Below, piece by piece: positions 61,950 through 64,000 of a stretch of DNA of 64,000 bases. The notes under the pieces were generated by a model, which was not told the DNA's origin, did no database searches, and was given only the letters and a program-made list of their open reading frames with translations. The position numbers were made by a program, and so were the translations under genes. The DNA is taken from positions 15,183,197 through 15,247,196 of the forward strand of contig JARFYF010000061.1 of assembly GCA_030265395.1 (NCBI GenBank), in the 5' to 3' direction. Positions within the stretch are counted from its first letter, which is position 1, and each line of letters opens with the position of its first letter. This stretch comes from Rhina ancylostomus (Eukaryota).

Positions 61950-62548
61950 ATATTGAGAAAACACATTGAATCCTGGGCTTTGTAGAAAGAAGAATAAAAT
62001 ATAACAGGAAGGAAATCATGATGAATCCTTGTAATTGGATAATTGTGTCAAATCCTGACCACCATACTTTAGAAAAGATGTAAAGACTTTGGAGGAGGTG
62101 CAGAAGAGATTTACCAAAGCCATTTCAGGAATGAGACTTTATTTATGGGGGTAAAGTGGAGAAGCTGAGATTGTTTTAGTTGGAACAAAGGAGGTTGCAA
62201 GGGGCTCTGATAGAGGTATGTAAAAACAAAGAAAGGTATAGGCCGAGTTGGTAGACAGACAACTTCATTTCACAAACGAGTCATAAACAAGTGGACATCA
62301 AAAGAAGGTGACTGGCACGAGAAGGAGTTTCTTTCATTGCAGTGAATGGTTAGGGTCTGGAATGCACTGACAGGAGCAGCAGTGGAAGTAGAAAGCGAGC
62401 TGGATATATGTCCAGGAAAAGAATCTGCAGGGCTACTGGGAGAGGGCAGGGGAATGGGACTATTTGGATTCCTCTTATATTGAGCCGGTACAGACTTGAT
62501 AGGCTGAATGGCCTCTTGCTGTGCTGTAGCCATTCTGTGATTCTGTAA
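61950..62548 (+). mobile_element. Decayed CR1 LINE 3' fragment
   Basis: caccatactttagaaaagatgtaaagactttggaggaggtgcagaagagatttacc (PYFRKDVKTLE..VQKRFT-like) and tail gataggctgaatggcctcttgctgtgctgtagccattctgtgattctgt. Confidence 0.8.
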
Positions 62549-62599
62549 TCAATGAAGGACCAAAAAGAGGAAGGATGTGCAAGAGGCCAGATGTGAAAA

Positions 62600-63640
62600 G
62601 GTGCTGATTTTGAGGATGAGGTGATGTTATCTAAGAGTGGAAGAGGTTATAGAGATAGGAAGGCCTGAAAATTTGTAAGATTCAAATTCGAGGATGAGGT
62701 TTTTAAATTAGAGGTCTTGGGGGACTGCGATCCAATGTATGTTACTGAACATCTAGATAATAGGTTAGCAGAATTAGTGCGAGATAGGATACAAACTCTA
62801 GTTTATGAGAGTTGGCCAGGATATCAGATTTTTTTTGAAATTACAGAAAATAAATGTTAAGAGTTTCAGTATAAGATGGAGTGTGAAGGGTATGGGAAAA
62901 GATTGAAGATGGTTATCTCGATGATAATGACGAACGGAATTAAGAAGATCGTTTTAGAATATAAAGCTGAAGAACTGAACCCCCCTGATTTACCTGGCAG
63001 ATGACAGCTTGGAATTGGTGACAAAGGTACAAGTTTGAGGTGTGGACAAAGACAATGGTTTTTGTCTTTGTAATGTTTCGCTTTAAGAAATTGCCTCTGA
63101 ACGAGACTGGATGCTAATTAGGTAGTCTGACATGACACAGGGAGTTGAAACGTTAAGAAAGGGGAGCAGGGTTTTGTTGTTATAGCTGTGGAAGCTCATT
63201 CCATCATGGGGCCAAGAAGTGGCATGAAGAAATGGAGGTGACAAGAATGGTTTCCTCACAGAATTACGGAGGAACGGTTAGAAGATGCTATTGCAGCAAT
63301 GTCATAAATACAAATCAATTCAGAAGAGTAGAAGTGGGTAAACGTAATCGCACTTAGATGAATGGAAGATCAAGTTTTGGTGAGCAGACATTATAAACAT
63401 TTTCAAAAGGTGAGAAGGATGAAGTGCCTTGTAACATTGCTTCAGGCCATTTCAAAACTGTCATTTGGATGGAAAAGGAAGACTTTCCCTTAAGCCATCA
63501 AAGCACCATTGGATTAGTGGGAAGAGTAAAAAAGGAAATGTCAGAGGAAAGAATTCACGCCGTAGTTCAGAGACAATGTGAATTAGAAACAGTAGCCCAT
63601 TCCAGCAATTACCTAAGTAAAAGTCCATAAATGATTGTGT
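62600..63640 (-). mobile_element. Highly decayed L2-like LINE fragment
   Basis: Purine-rich plus strand with reverse L2 RT-like remnants (gacaaagacaatgg..tttaagaaattg..gactggatg). Recognition only. Confidence 0.4.
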
Positions 63641-63659
63641 AAAGCAAAAAGAATACAAA

Positions 63660-63800
63660 TGTTAGAAGCACAAATTCAGCTTAAAGGCATGAAATGGTTG
63701 CTATTATTTAGACCTGGTTGCAAGCTAGGTTTAATTGAATAGACATATTACAGGCTGTGGGATCTTTAGGAAGGACAGAGACATTAGGAAGAAGAGGTAT
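63660..63800 (+). mobile_element. CR1 endonuclease-domain remnant
   Basis: atggttgctattatttagacctggttg (MVAII*TWL) ..atctttaggaaggacaga (IFRKDR), typical of the LINE APE domain N-terminus. Confidence 0.5.
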
Positions 63801-64000
63801 TATTCATCTTTTAAAATCCATTTCTCACTGTCACAAAGATAACCTGCTTCAACAGTCATAACATTTTCTTGTTCCACACCTTTCACATGCCATCTTATAC
63901 TGAAACTCTTAATCATCTGTTATTTCAAAAAAGAATTCCAATGGTCTCTTGGCCAACATTCTGTCCTTTGCTCTCATAAACTAGAGCTTGGATCCTGTCC

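Overview
Vertebrate genomic DNA, most likely from a cartilaginous fish (inferred from HE1/V-SINE-like, CR1/HER1-like, Deu-SINE-like and Penelope repeats). It carries one clear protein-coding gene: ONECUT1 (HNF6) on the minus strand, with two coding exons (36894-35775 and 27992-27700, 470 aa, CUT domain plus the atypical F48/M50 homeodomain). The gene sits in a ~30 kb CpG-retaining, almost transposon-free block (~21.5-52 kb), flanked by CpG-depleted, repeat-rich DNA. The most notable features are post-transcriptional: a ~6 kb inferred 3'UTR with at least 11 miR-9 seed sites (8 of them within 1.2 kb, interleaved with let-7 and miR-124 sites), several candidate polyA signals that could include or exclude that cluster, and six upstream ATGs in the last ~100 nt of the leader. 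Other observations are a 21-Gly expansion before the CUT domain, two exon-like segments downstream that stay in frame with exon 1, decayed Penelope hammerhead-ribozyme motifs, two solo-LTR-like repeats and a 5S rRNA-derived remnant. I found no convincing wholly new biological system. Repeat boundaries are approximate and family names come from recognition, not database searches.
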